Below are positions 1 through 9,597 of a stretch of DNA of 64,000 nt, one piece after another. The first letter of the stretch is position 1, and each line of letters begins with the position of its first letter. Source of the stretch: Alphaproteobacteria bacterium (GTDB lineage: Bacteria > Pseudomonadota > Alphaproteobacteria > RF32 > CAG-239); NCBI GenBank assembly GCA_017465945.1, contig JAFTVD010000008.1, forward strand, positions 14,091-78,090, written 5' to 3'. The position numbers were made by a program, and so were the translations under genes. The notes under the pieces are model-generated. The model was not told where the DNA came from and did not search any database. It was given only the letters and a program-made list of their open reading frames with translations.

Positions 1-810
1 ATCATCACAAACCACATCATCATGATTGTATTTTGAAACGTGTACTTTTTTAGAAGTGTTACCTGTAAAAAAGTTTTTTACGATTCTATCTTCTAATGAA
101 TGAAAAGTAACAACAACGATTCGCCCTTCCTCTTTAATAATCTTAGTTGCAGCTTCTAAACCATTTTTTAGTTGATTTAATTCATCGTTAACGGCGATTC
201 GGATTGCTTGAAATGTACGAGTAGCTGGATCAATTTGCCCAAACTTTTTAGGTAATACAGAATATATAATTTCTGCGAGCTCTGTTGTTGTTTCTATTTC
301 TTTTGTTTGCCTGTATAAAATAATTTTGTGTGCAATTTGGCGAGATTTTTTTTCTTCACCATAATTATATAATATATCAGCTAATTCTTCTTCAGAAAGA
401 TTGTTTACAATATCTTTTGCACTAATACCATCTAAAGACATTCTCATATCAAGAGGAGCTTCTTTATTAAATGAAAAGCCACGAAATCCATCATCAAGTT
501 GCATGGAGGAAACGCCAATATCAAAAACAACGCCATCTACATCTTCTTTAACAAGACCTGATAACTCACCGAAAGTTCCTGCTCTAAATTCGAATCTGTT
601 GCCATATTTTTCTTTTAGCTCTGTTGCTCTTTGAATAACACTAGGGTCTCTATCAATAGCAATTACTTTACAATCAGCGCTATTTAATATTGCTTCTGTG
701 TATCCACCATTTCCAAATGTTGCATCAACATATGTTTTTTTATTTTGAATACTTAAGTTTTCTAAAACCTCTTTTAACATAACGGGAATATGGCGAACAC
801 TAGAAGTCAT
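1..810 (-). CDS. rsmH: 16S rRNA (cytosine1402-N4)-methyltransferase RsmH/MraW, N-terminal ~270 aa; C-terminus lies beyond the window start
   Basis: Not in the ORF track (no stop inside window). My minus-strand translation from ATG 810..808 reads MTSSVRHIPVMLKEVLENL..DATFGNGGYTEAIL..IAIDRDP..VFDIGVSSMQLDDGFRGFSF..ATRTFQAIRIAVNDEL..VVVTFHSLEDRIVK. Start overlaps the mraZ stop (TAATG). mraZ-rsmH is the canonical head of the dcw cluster. Confidence 0.9.
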   Translation of the reverse strand, partial: MTSSVRHIPVMLKEVLENLSIQNKKTYVDATFGNGGYTEAILNSADCKVIAIDRDPSVIQRATELKEKYGNRFEFRAGTFGELSGLVKEDVDGVVFDIGVSSMQLDDGFRGFSFNKEAPLDMRMSLDGISAKDIVNNLSEEELADILYNYGEEKKSRQIAHKIILYRQTKEIETTTELAEIIYSVLPKKFGQIDPATRTFQAIRIAVNDELNQLKNGLEAATKIIKEEGRIVVVTFHSLEDRIVKNFFTGNTSKKVHVSKYNHDDVVCDD

Positions 811-1274
811 TATTCACCTTCCTTTGTTTTTAGAGTAGGTCTAGATAATTTGATTTTCTCTCTAATGCGAGCTTCTTCTTTTAGCCAGTTTTCTTCACTC
901 CATATCTGAAATTTTCTACCCTTACCAACAAAAACAGCATTTTCTTTTATTTCAGCATGTTTTAATAGTTTTTCGGTTAGAACAATGCGACCAGTACTAT
1001 CAAAAGTAAATCTTTTAGCATCTCCAAAGATTAAGTTGGTTAAGTCATCCTGAGTTTCTGAAAAAAAGTCTGTTGAGTTTTCTATATCTGTTGCAAGTTT
1101 TTCGAGTAACTCTTCTAAACACCCTTCTATACAAGGTGCTGTAAGGCTTCTATAACAAACGATTTCTGTAGATAGTTCTTTAACAATAGCGCGATAATCT
1201 GAAGGAAGAGATACACGACCTTTGGCATCTACTTTATTTGTAATCGTATCTAAAAACAAAAAACTCTTACGCAT
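810..1274 (-). CDS. mraZ: Transcriptional regulator MraZ
   Basis: 154 aa with two MraZ-type half-domains, each carrying D-x-x-GR (DAKGRVSLPSDYR and DSTGRIVLTEKLL). Lies immediately upstream of rsmH. Confidence 0.9.
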   Translation of the reverse strand: MRKSFLFLDTITNKVDAKGRVSLPSDYRAIVKELSTEIVCYRSLTAPCIEGCLEELLEKLATDIENSTDFFSETQDDLTNLIFGDAKRFTFDSTGRIVLTEKLLKHAEIKENAVFVGKGRKFQIWSEENWLKEEARIREKIKLSRPTLKTKEGE

Positions 1275-1304
1275 TGTTACCTTCTAATATGACCATATAT
1301 AATA

Positions 1305-1339
1305 TGGTATAACATGGTATTTTATGGGAATCAATGGAA
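1305..1339. promoter_or_regulatory. Candidate MraZ operator: four TGGNA direct repeats at an exact 10-bp period upstream of mraZ
   Basis: TGGTA(1305) TAACA TGGTA(1315) TTTTA TGGGA(1325) ATCAA TGGAA(1335), lying 31-65 nt upstream of the mraZ ATG (1274). E. coli MraZ is known to bind TGGGN repeats with 5-nt spacers. Here the repeats read on the strand opposite to mraZ. Confidence 0.5.
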
Positions 1340-1480
1340 AAATTAAAAAATTTATCAAAAAATTAACAATTTTATGGTTAGCGCAAGAAAAACACTTTAA
1401 AACAATAAGTTGTTATCATCTAAATTATTAATATTATGTGAATAAATAGATTCGAATTGCTTATAAGCTTATTTTTTTAT

Positions 1481-1514
1481 AAAAAAAAAGACACCGAATC
1501 AGATAATCGGTGTC
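1481..1514 (-). terminator. Rho-independent terminator after fabG
   Basis: Stem GACACCGA (1490..1497) / TCGGTGTC (1507..1514) with a 9-nt loop. On the minus strand it is followed by a 9-nt U-run (A-run 1481..1489 on plus). Confidence 0.75.
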
Positions 1515-1538
1515 AAAATAATCTAAAATTAGATTATA

Positions 1539-2276
1539 CTATATCATAGCCATACCGCCATTTACGTGTAATGTTTGACCTGTGATATATTGTGCTTCAT
1601 CAGAAGCTAAGAAAGCAACAGCATTAGCAATATCTTGAGCTTCACCAAGTTTTCCTTCAGGAATCTTGCTAAGTAGTTGAGCTTTAACATCATCAGGAAG
1701 AACATCTGTCATAGGAGTTCTAATAAATCCTGGTGCGATAGAGTTAACAGTAACACCTCTTGAACCAACTTCTTGAGCCAAACATTTATTCATGGCAATC
1801 ATACCTGCTTTAGATGCAGAGTAGTTTGCTTGACCTGGGTTACCCATTACACCAACAACAGAAGCGATACCGATGATACGGCCATATCTTCTCTTCATCA
1901 TGCCTCTGATAGCAGCTTTAGCAAGTTTGAAGCCAGCTGATAAGTTAACATCTAATACTAATTGCCAATCTTCGTCACTCATACGCATAAATAAGTTATC
2001 ACGAGTTAAACCAGCGTTATTTACTAAAATGTCAATACGCCCCATTTTTTCTTCAACGTTTTTAACAAGATTGTTAACATCTTCAGAGTTTGTGAGGTTT
2101 GCAACAAAGAATTCAACTCTGTCACCAAGTTCAGCTTTTAGCTTTTCCATTGGTTCTGCACGCATATCTGTAAGTGCAAGTGTTGCGCCTTGAGCGTGTA
2201 ATGTGCGAGCGATTTTATCTCCTAGTCCTCCGGCAGCACCGGTAATTAAAGCGATTTTACCATCTAAATTAAACAT
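1539..2276 (-). CDS. fabG: 3-oxoacyl-[ACP] reductase FabG
   Basis: 245 aa SDR: TGAAGGLG dinucleotide motif, NNAG, catalytic YSASKAG. Directly downstream of fabD. Confidence 0.9.
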   Translation of the reverse strand: MFNLDGKIALITGAAGGLGDKIARTLHAQGATLALTDMRAEPMEKLKAELGDRVEFFVANLTNSEDVNNLVKNVEEKMGRIDILVNNAGLTRDNLFMRMSDEDWQLVLDVNLSAGFKLAKAAIRGMMKRRYGRIIGIASVVGVMGNPGQANYSASKAGMIAMNKCLAQEVGSRGVTVNSIAPGFIRTPMTDVLPDDVKAQLLSKIPEGKLGEAQDIANAVAFLASDEAQYITGQTLHVNGGMAMI

Positions 2277-2297
2277 GATAGTTTCCTTCCTAAAAAA

Positions 2298-3242
2298 TTA
2301 CAAATTTTTAGCTAAATTTTCAATATCTTGAGGATTGTATACAGAAATAGAGTTTACATCCTTTAGACTACGTTTAGCCATACCGGAGAGAACTTTCCCA
2401 GCGCCGAGTTCAACAAAGTCTGTAATGCCATTATTAGCAAAAAAGTCCATTGTTTCTCTCCATCTTACGGTACCGGTAACTTGAGTAATTAAGTTTTTAA
2501 TAATGTCTTGCTTATTTGTTTCTGTGTTAGCTAAAACATTGGCTACAATAGGTATTAAAGCATCATTTGCTTCAACTTCCATAAATGCTCTAGCCATAAT
2601 TTCTGCGGCAGGTTGCATTAATGGGCTATGAAAAGGTGCTGAAACAGGAAGTTTTAAACATCTTTTTGCACCAAATTCAGAAGCAATTTCAACAGCTTTT
2701 TCGATTGCTTGAATGTGTCCAGATAATACAACTTGTCCCTCAGAGTTATCATTTGCAGGAACGCAATAATGTTTAGCATCATTACATGCCTCAACAAGAG
2801 CATCGACATCATTAAATGATAAACCCAAAACAGCAGCCATGCCACCAACACCAACAGGAACAGCTTGTTGCATAGCATCGCCACGAATTCTTAAAAGCTT
2901 TGCAGTATCAGACAAAGAAAATACATCAGCAGCACAAGCAGCAGAATACTCACCCAAAGAGTGTCCTGCAACAAAACTTGCTTTATCTTTTAAGCTAATT
3001 CCAAAATCTTTTTCTAAAATCTTAACCACAGCCATAGATACAGCCATTAATGCTGGTTGAGTGTTAGAAGTTAATGTTAACTCAGAATCAGGACCTTCTG
3101 TCATTACTTTATACAAATCTTGCCCTAAAGCTTCGTTAACTTCGTTAAATACATCCTTAGCAGAATTAAAGTTTTCAGCTAATTCTTTTCCCATTCCTAC
3201 AAATTGTGAGCCTTGTCCAGGGAAAACAAATGCGTATTTCAT
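2298..3242 (-). CDS. fabD: Malonyl-CoA:ACP transacylase FabD
   Basis: 314 aa: FPGQGSQ N-terminal motif and active-site GHSLGEYSA. Confidence 0.92.
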   Translation of the reverse strand: MKYAFVFPGQGSQFVGMGKELAENFNSAKDVFNEVNEALGQDLYKVMTEGPDSELTLTSNTQPALMAVSMAVVKILEKDFGISLKDKASFVAGHSLGEYSAACAADVFSLSDTAKLLRIRGDAMQQAVPVGVGGMAAVLGLSFNDVDALVEACNDAKHYCVPANDNSEGQVVLSGHIQAIEKAVEIASEFGAKRCLKLPVSAPFHSPLMQPAAEIMARAFMEVEANDALIPIVANVLANTETNKQDIIKNLITQVTGTVRWRETMDFFANNGITDFVELGAGKVLSGMAKRSLKDVNSISVYNPQDIENLAKNL

Positions 3243-3427
3243 ATACTACTCCAATTAAATTTATGTTGCTATCAAGCTAAATGAGTTCAATCTAAAGTCA
3301 AGATTTAAATAATTTCCGTGTGCATAGCTTAATAAAAATGCGCTTATTTTACTATCTTAATAATTTGTTTAAAATTTTAGCTTAAACTACAAGAAAACAA
3401 ATAAATCTAGCACCAAATGAGGTAAAA

Positions 3428-5761
3428 ATGGCTAAAAAATCAAATAAAAAAACATTAAAGGATAATTCTAAAAGTATATTAGGAAAAATATTAGGAATTT
3501 TTTCTGGCTCTTCTATTTTAATTTTTTCAGTTTGTTTAATATTATCAATGATAGGTTATACACCAACAGACGAATCTTTTAATGTTTCAAATTCGGATAA
3601 AATTAACAATTTTATGGGTAGATTTGGTTCGTATTCATCTGATTTTATTGTTAATAGCTATGGTTTAGCTGTCTTTATCTTTTTAATTCCAGTTATGATT
3701 TGGGGATTCTTATTAATAAAACATCACAAAATTTTAGAATTCAAAATTCGTTTATTTGCGGTATTTCTAGGAATAATTACTTTATCTGGAGTGTTTTATC
3801 AAACATTAGCATCAAGTTTAGAAAAAATAAACTTATTAGGTAAATTTAGCCATATTTTACCCCAAAGTCTTAATAATATCCTTGTTAGTTGGGGGGCTAA
3901 AGGATATGAAAACATTATAACATTATTTATTTTAAGTTTAATATCATTCATGTCTTTTAACCTTGCAACAGGTGTAACATTCAAACATTGGTATAACACA
4001 ATAAAAACAATTAGCGTATTTACTTATAGGGTAATAAAGGCAATTTTAGTCTTTATTAAAAAGCTTATTCATCCTAGTGCATTATTTGAGAAAAATAACG
4101 TAACATCATCTTTATCAAGTAGTAATGAAAATGCTCAAAGAATAGAGCCTGTTTTAGAAACAGCACCAGTAGAAGATAAAAAAATAAAAGAAAAAACACA
4201 AAATAAACCCAAAGCAGATGTTGTTAGTATTTCTAAAGCAAAAATCAAACAAGACAATGGCTATAAATATCCAGATATAAATCTTTTAAGCCGTCCTAAA
4301 GATAAAATGGGGTTAAGTGTAAATGAAAAAGAACTTAATGAAACAGCAAGAGAGCTTGAAGAGGTTTTATCACAATTTAGTATTAATGGTAAAATTGTAA
4401 AAGTTCGTCCAGGTCCGGTTGTAACATTATATGAATTAGACCCTGCATCAGGAACAAGAACATCTCGTATCATATCTCTTGCAGATGATATTGCTCGCTC
4501 AATGGCAGTAAGTTCTGTTCGTATTGCAACAGTAACAGGTTCAACAACTGTTGGTATTGAAGTTCCAAACGCAAAAAGAGAGACAGTTTGGGTAAGAGAT
4601 TTATTAGAAGATATTAATTTCTCTGATAGCAAAAACACTCTAAACATTGTATTAGGTAAAGATATTGGTGGTAAAAATGTATATGCAGATTTAGCAAAAA
4701 TGCCACACTTACTAATAGCTGGTACCACAGGTTCAGGTAAATCTGTTGGTGTTAATGCTATGATTCTATCGCTTCTTTATCGTATGAGACCTGATGAATG
4801 TAAATTTATGTTAATAGACCCTAAGATGTTAGAATTTTCTATGTATAATGGAATTCCTCATCTTTTAACTCCTGTGATTACAGATCCTGCTAAGGCGGTA
4901 ATAGGTCTTAAATGGGCGGTAAGAGAAATGGAAGAACGCTATCGTGCAATGGCTTGTTTATCTGTTAGAAATATTACAGGCTATAACTTAAAGCTAAAAG
5001 AAATGGCGGATAAAGGTGAAACACCAAAACGAACCATCCAAGTAGGGTTTGACCCAGAAACTGGAAAACCAAAATATGAAGAGCAACTTCTTGATACTAA
5101 ACCACTTCCATATATTGTTATCGTTGTAGATGAAGCAGCCGACCTTATGATGGTTGCAGGTAAAGAGGTAGAAGCAGCAATTCAGCGTCTTGCTCAAATG
5201 GCTCGTGCAGCAGGTATTCACCTTATTATGTCAACTCAACGTCCGTCTGCAGATGTTATCACAGGCACAATTAAATCTAACTTCCCAACACGTATTAGTT
5301 ATCAAGTAACATCTAAAATCAACAGCCGTACAATCTTAGATGAACAAGGTGCAGAACAATTACTAGGTAGAGGTGATATGCTTTATATGCCAGCAGGACT
5401 TCGTCCGCAACGTGTTCATGGTGGATTTGTGCCAGATGAAGAAGTAGAAGCAGTAATGAATTTCTTAAAATCTCAAGGTGAACCAATGTATGTTGATGGG
5501 GTAACCGAAGGTGAGTTAGATACAAAAGGTAAAGATAGCGGTCCTTTGTTTGATAAAACATCCATGGGCGGTGGTTCGTCAAAAGAAGATTTGTACGAAC
5601 AAGCTGTATCTATTGTAAGAAATGATAAAAAAGCATCAATTAGCTATATTCAACGAAGGTTAGGAGTTGGTTATAACAAAGCCGCAACTCTAATCGAACG
5701 TATGGAAGAAGAGGGAGTAATAACTCCAGCAGATCATGTAGGCAGAAGAGAGGTTATTTAA
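3428..5761 (+). CDS. ftsK: DNA translocase FtsK
   Basis: 777 aa: N-terminal TM helices, linker, Walker A GTTGSGKS, Walker B VVVDEAADL, C-terminal gamma winged helix SISYIQRRLGVGYNKAATLIERMEEEGV. Confidence 0.93.
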   Translation: MAKKSNKKTLKDNSKSILGKILGIFSGSSILIFSVCLILSMIGYTPTDESFNVSNSDKINNFMGRFGSYSSDFIVNSYGLAVFIFLIPVMIWGFLLIKHHKILEFKIRLFAVFLGIITLSGVFYQTLASSLEKINLLGKFSHILPQSLNNILVSWGAKGYENIITLFILSLISFMSFNLATGVTFKHWYNTIKTISVFTYRVIKAILVFIKKLIHPSALFEKNNVTSSLSSSNENAQRIEPVLETAPVEDKKIKEKTQNKPKADVVSISKAKIKQDNGYKYPDINLLSRPKDKMGLSVNEKELNETARELEEVLSQFSINGKIVKVRPGPVVTLYELDPASGTRTSRIISLADDIARSMAVSSVRIATVTGSTTVGIEVPNAKRETVWVRDLLEDINFSDSKNTLNIVLGKDIGGKNVYADLAKMPHLLIAGTTGSGKSVGVNAMILSLLYRMRPDECKFMLIDPKMLEFSMYNGIPHLLTPVITDPAKAVIGLKWAVREMEERYRAMACLSVRNITGYNLKLKEMADKGETPKRTIQVGFDPETGKPKYEEQLLDTKPLPYIVIVVDEAADLMMVAGKEVEAAIQRLAQMARAAGIHLIMSTQRPSADVITGTIKSNFPTRISYQVTSKINSRTILDEQGAEQLLGRGDMLYMPAGLRPQRVHGGFVPDEEVEAVMNFLKSQGEPMYVDGVTEGELDTKGKDSGPLFDKTSMGGGSSKEDLYEQAVSIVRNDKKASISYIQRRLGVGYNKAATLIERMEEEGVITPADHVGRREVI

Positions 5762-5770
5762 TAATCACAA

Positions 5771-7108
5771 TCAACCTTTAATCGCTTTCAATATTTTATC
5801 CATGCTATTGTTAACAATAGTAACTTCTTGGTGCATTTTCTTGTTTTCATATATTTTAAGTGCGGATTTATAATAATCTATAGCTTCAGCAAAAGATTTT
5901 TTATCATTAGATATTTTTCCCATATTATAATATACATTTGCAATGTTTTCTTGAATTTTTGCCCACATAACAGGATAAAGCTCTTTTCTATACACTGTTT
6001 GCTTATTTTTATAGCTTTTAATTGCAAGTTTTGAAATTTCACTACTTTTAGAAAACAGACCAAGTAGTGATAGGTAAAAGCCTAAATATCCTTCTATTTT
6101 CGACCACAATTCAGGAAATGTAATTTCTGTATATGTTTTTTCTGCTTCTCTTAAGAAAAATACAGCATCACGCAAAGCTTGAATATCATTGGTGAATTTC
6201 CAATATTTGAAATATAGTTGTGATAATTTAAAAGAAATAAGAGCAAAATCGTATGGATAATTATAGTGATCTATATATTTTTGTGCAGTTCTGTAATTTG
6301 TTATAGCATCTCTAAATAATTGCCATTGACCACCAAGTTCTTGTTTTAAAGCTGTTTCATACAACTGCCCAAGGTTTTTATAAATACACCCTAAATGAAC
6401 ATTTTGCATTATCTGTTGCTTATAAGAAAGTGCATTCATAAATAATTCTTTTGAAGTATCAAAAGCTTTTTGTGATAATTCTTTTTGCGATTGTGTAAGA
6501 TATATCAAACCAACAGTATTCATAACATATGGTGAATATAAAAAGTCATTATTTCCTTGCGGGCCAGCGTTTATAAATTTAGTCGTAACATTTTTTAATA
6601 ACTTTTGCTTTAAATGTCTTAAATCAATGCGTTGCTCACTAATTGCCGAGGCAATAACACCCGTTATAAGATTTGTTAGCATTTCAGGAAAGAAGTTTAT
6701 ATGCTCAAAATGTTCAGCGGGAATATACAAACTATCAAGAATAGAACAAGATACATTATCCCAATCTGAATAAGCATTAGCGGTTTGAAAATTTAATCTA
6801 ATATTTGCGTCTTCTTGATATCCCCAAATGACAATATCTGCATTAAGTTTTTGCAATATCTTATTACCAGTATCTGATAAATCAAAAAAATGACGACCTT
6901 GCAAGGATAAAAATGTTTTATCAAAGGGTTCTGTAAAATAATGAACATTAAAGCTTGGATTTCTTTGTAATAATCTAACTAAAGATTGCCCAAAATTATA
7001 GTTGCCATATTCAACAAATTCTGCAACAACAACCTTCAGTGTTTCTACTTTAGGCAAAACACGCTTTGCTTTAGAGGTATTTCCAAATAATACTTTGATA
7101 AAATCCAT
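5771..7108 (-). CDS. Hypothetical protein: N-terminal alpha/beta domain plus C-terminal TPR-like repeats
   Basis: 445 aa, 1 nt after the upstream membrane-protein gene. The C-terminal half has repeated A/Y/L-patterned helical pairs (LGQLYETALKQ, AITNYRTAQKY, IANVYYNMGK, AIDYYKSALKIYE). The N-terminus has alternating beta/alpha segments (LKVVVAEF.., ADIVIWGY). No family recognised. Confidence 0.6.
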   Translation of the reverse strand: MDFIKVLFGNTSKAKRVLPKVETLKVVVAEFVEYGNYNFGQSLVRLLQRNPSFNVHYFTEPFDKTFLSLQGRHFFDLSDTGNKILQKLNADIVIWGYQEDANIRLNFQTANAYSDWDNVSCSILDSLYIPAEHFEHINFFPEMLTNLITGVIASAISEQRIDLRHLKQKLLKNVTTKFINAGPQGNNDFLYSPYVMNTVGLIYLTQSQKELSQKAFDTSKELFMNALSYKQQIMQNVHLGCIYKNLGQLYETALKQELGGQWQLFRDAITNYRTAQKYIDHYNYPYDFALISFKLSQLYFKYWKFTNDIQALRDAVFFLREAEKTYTEITFPELWSKIEGYLGFYLSLLGLFSKSSEISKLAIKSYKNKQTVYRKELYPVMWAKIQENIANVYYNMGKISNDKKSFAEAIDYYKSALKIYENKKMHQEVTIVNNSMDKILKAIKG

Positions 7109-7109
7109 C

Positions 7110-8210
7110 TTAGCTACCCTTTTTTTTCTTCCCTTTTGTTTTGCTTTTTGTTACAGGTTGTTTTTTTTCATCACGACCAAATATTCTTTTTACAGACTTA
7201 AACCCTATTTTGGTTATAGACATAACATCCTCAGGTTTTGTTTCACCAGATATAATTGATAGAAGCCACAGATTAAGCATAACAGAGAAAAAAGGAAGAG
7301 CTAATCTTTCATTTGCTGTTATCTGCAATACGGCTAAGAAAACATCTACAGCAAAAATTTTCAAAGTTCCTTTAACAACATATTCCTCGTAGTTTCCATC
7401 ATTTGAAATGCTGTAATATTTTGTATTCATAAAAGCATATTCCTCTTTTTGGTTTAACAAAAATCTATTATAAATGACAAAGCCAACTTCCGTAAATAAG
7501 TAAGAGCACGCAATAAACATTGAAGCATCTGCATATTCAACGCTCATATTAATAATAAAGCACCCTAAAATAAATCCAATAGCAGTAAACCCACCATTTG
7601 TCATAATTAATTTCTCAGGTGGCCAGCTATAAAAAGTAAAAGCAAGTATTGTTCCTATATAAGCTAAAGCCAAACATGCAAGTATTTGGGGAGCAACTCC
7701 AAAATGTGACAATATAACACTTACAATCATAACTGTTATAAATTGTAAACAAGCAATACCTCCTAAACCATTCATTATACCAAGTCCTTTTGATATAATA
7801 AATAAAATAAGGGCAACAACTAGTCTATCTTGCCAAAAAGATAAATTGCCCGAAAATAGAAGAAAACTATCAGGCTGAATAAAGCTAATCACCAAAGAAA
7901 AAATAAAGATTACAATATTTGTAAGTGCTTCTATACCAATTAAATAACAAAAATAAATAATACCAGCAAAAATAAATGGTAAAATAAAATCAATAATTCC
8001 ATATTCTTTTATTGTATCAAAATGTTGAGGAAAAAAAGTATAAACTCCAAGTGATCCTAAAAACATAACACCTAGAACTGGACACAAAGGATCAAGCTTA
8101 ACATCGTATTCATCAGTGATTATATTAGTTGGAATACGGCTTAAAATAAACGTAGCAATAGTAAAGCAAATCAACATTGAGCTTATACCAAATAATGCAA
8201 ATTCACTCAT
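7110..8210 (-). CDS. Polytopic membrane protein, MraY/WecA (GT4 polyprenyl-phosphate sugar-phosphate transferase)-like, with catalytic Asp positions substituted; Lys-rich C-terminal tail
   Basis: Start trimmed to ATG 8210 (GGAGGAAAT RBS just upstream). By-eye match to GT4 motifs: GIIDF vs DD motif, MNGLGGIA vs DGLDGLA, GTILAFTFYSWPPEKLIMTNGGF vs GALLGFL.YN..PAKIFMGDTGS. About 10 hydrophobic segments. Tail KKQPVTKSKTKGKKKKGS. Confidence 0.45.
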   Translation of the reverse strand: MSEFALFGISSMLICFTIATFILSRIPTNIITDEYDVKLDPLCPVLGVMFLGSLGVYTFFPQHFDTIKEYGIIDFILPFIFAGIIYFCYLIGIEALTNIVIFIFSLVISFIQPDSFLLFSGNLSFWQDRLVVALILFIISKGLGIMNGLGGIACLQFITVMIVSVILSHFGVAPQILACLALAYIGTILAFTFYSWPPEKLIMTNGGFTAIGFILGCFIINMSVEYADASMFIACSYLFTEVGFVIYNRFLLNQKEEYAFMNTKYYSISNDGNYEEYVVKGTLKIFAVDVFLAVLQITANERLALPFFSVMLNLWLLSIISGETKPEDVMSITKIGFKSVKRIFGRDEKKQPVTKSKTKGKKKKGS

Positions 8211-8257
8211 ATTTCCTCCATTGATAATACATCTCATACGATTATAATATCATATTA

Positions 8258-9514
8258 TTAATTTTTTCTTTGCAAACAAGCAACAAAAAAACCATCTGTC
8301 CCCGAAAAATCTTTTAAATGTTGAGGAAGTATTCTTAAAAAACCTTCTTTTGTTTTCATTAAAGATGTTCCAGCTATATTAATTTCTTTAATGTTAAAGT
8401 CTTTATATTTATTCAAAAATTTACGAATTTGAACTTCGCCTTCAGCTTTTGATAGTGAACAAGTGGCATAAATAATTATTCCATTATTCTTTAATAAAGA
8501 TGTCGCCTTATCTAGTATTTTTTCTTGAATTTGTGACATTTTTTTTACATCACCAATAGTTTTTGTATGTAAAATCTCTGGATGACGTCTAAATGTTCCG
8601 GTTGCAGAACACGGAGCATCAACTAAAATTATATCAAATTTATCATTTGCTTCATAGCATAAAGCATCAATGCATTCAATATTTAAGTTTTTTTCTAAGT
8701 TAAGTCTTTTTATATTTTTTTTCAAAATGTCGATTCTATCTTGAGAAATATCAATGGCATTAACTTTTGCTCCTCTGCTTAATAGTTGAGCGGTTTTTCC
8801 ACCAGGAGCAGCACACAAGTCTAATACGTTTTTATTTGTTAAATCATCACTTAAACATTTTACCGCCATTGAAGATGAGGCATCTTGAACCCAAAAATCA
8901 CCATCACCAAATCCATCAAGTTCTGTAACTTTTATATTAGAAGAAAGTCTAATTGTATCAAAATCTAATTTAATATAATCTGTAAATTTTGGTTTTACAC
9001 TTGGCTTAAAAGTTAAATCGAGCATAGGTTCAATATTTACAAATTCTTCCATATCTTTAATTTCTTGAGCGCTATAATCTTGACGCAATATTTTTAAGAA
9101 CTCTTTGCTAAAATATTTTGATTTTCGGTTATTTAAAAGTTTATCTTTTTGTCTTGCAACATTACGCAATACCGCATTTACAAAATTTGCCCCAAATTTA
9201 TCAGTTTTAGTTTTTGCAATTTCAACATACGAATTTATAATCGCATAACTTGGAGTATCTAAAAACAATAATTCAACAATTCCAAGATATAAGACATATT
9301 GTAAAATATCTTGTTTTTTAGAAATTTTCTTTTTTACAAACAAAGGTAAAATTTCTTCTTTTATAAATGTTAGCTGTCTAAATGTTGTCATAAATAACAT
9401 ATTAAAAAAGGCTTTATTTTTATCATCAATATCATTTTTTATTGAGCTAAAAGAAGAAGCTTCTGATAAAATATCTTTTAATAAATCAACATATTTCAAT
9501 CTGTAATCTGTCAT
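8258..9514 (-). CDS. rsmB: 16S rRNA (cytosine967-C5)-methyltransferase RsmB/Sun
   Basis: 418 aa: NusB-like N-terminus, SAM motif DLCAAPGGKT, catalytic-Cys motifs DAPCSATGT and YATCS. Confidence 0.85.
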   Translation of the reverse strand: MTDYRLKYVDLLKDILSEASSFSSIKNDIDDKNKAFFNMLFMTTFRQLTFIKEEILPLFVKKKISKKQDILQYVLYLGIVELLFLDTPSYAIINSYVEIAKTKTDKFGANFVNAVLRNVARQKDKLLNNRKSKYFSKEFLKILRQDYSAQEIKDMEEFVNIEPMLDLTFKPSVKPKFTDYIKLDFDTIRLSSNIKVTELDGFGDGDFWVQDASSSMAVKCLSDDLTNKNVLDLCAAPGGKTAQLLSRGAKVNAIDISQDRIDILKKNIKRLNLEKNLNIECIDALCYEANDKFDIILVDAPCSATGTFRRHPEILHTKTIGDVKKMSQIQEKILDKATSLLKNNGIIIYATCSLSKAEGEVQIRKFLNKYKDFNIKEINIAGTSLMKTKEGFLRILPQHLKDFSGTDGFFVACLQRKN

Positions 9515-9597
9515 AAAAAACCTTTTAAATTTAATTATTTATTAAACTAACTTCTTTAACCTTATTACGAAAATATTTTCATGTAAAGGATAAAAAT

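Noticed and set aside
401-634. 77-aa plus-strand ORF from the ORF track.
   Set aside because: It lies entirely antisense within the well-supported rsmH reading frame, has low-complexity Ser/Pro-rich content and no RBS. It is a shadow ORF.
1458-1467. 10-nt palindrome GCTTATAAGC followed by a T-run on the plus strand.
   Set aside because: The stem is too short and AT-rich to call a terminator, and no plus-strand gene lies upstream. The adjacent GC-rich hairpin (1490..1514) is the credible fabG terminator.
1873-2193. 106-aa plus-strand ORF inside fabG. Similar antisense ORFs occur at 2654..2884, 2839..3060 and 3061..3258 inside fabD.
   Set aside because: They are antisense to strongly supported conserved genes and have no motifs.
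4261-4728. 155-aa minus-strand ORF inside ftsK. Others occur at 3799..3999, 4994..5221 and 5319..5582.
   Set aside because: They are antisense shadows of the ftsK frame. FtsK is continuous and full length.
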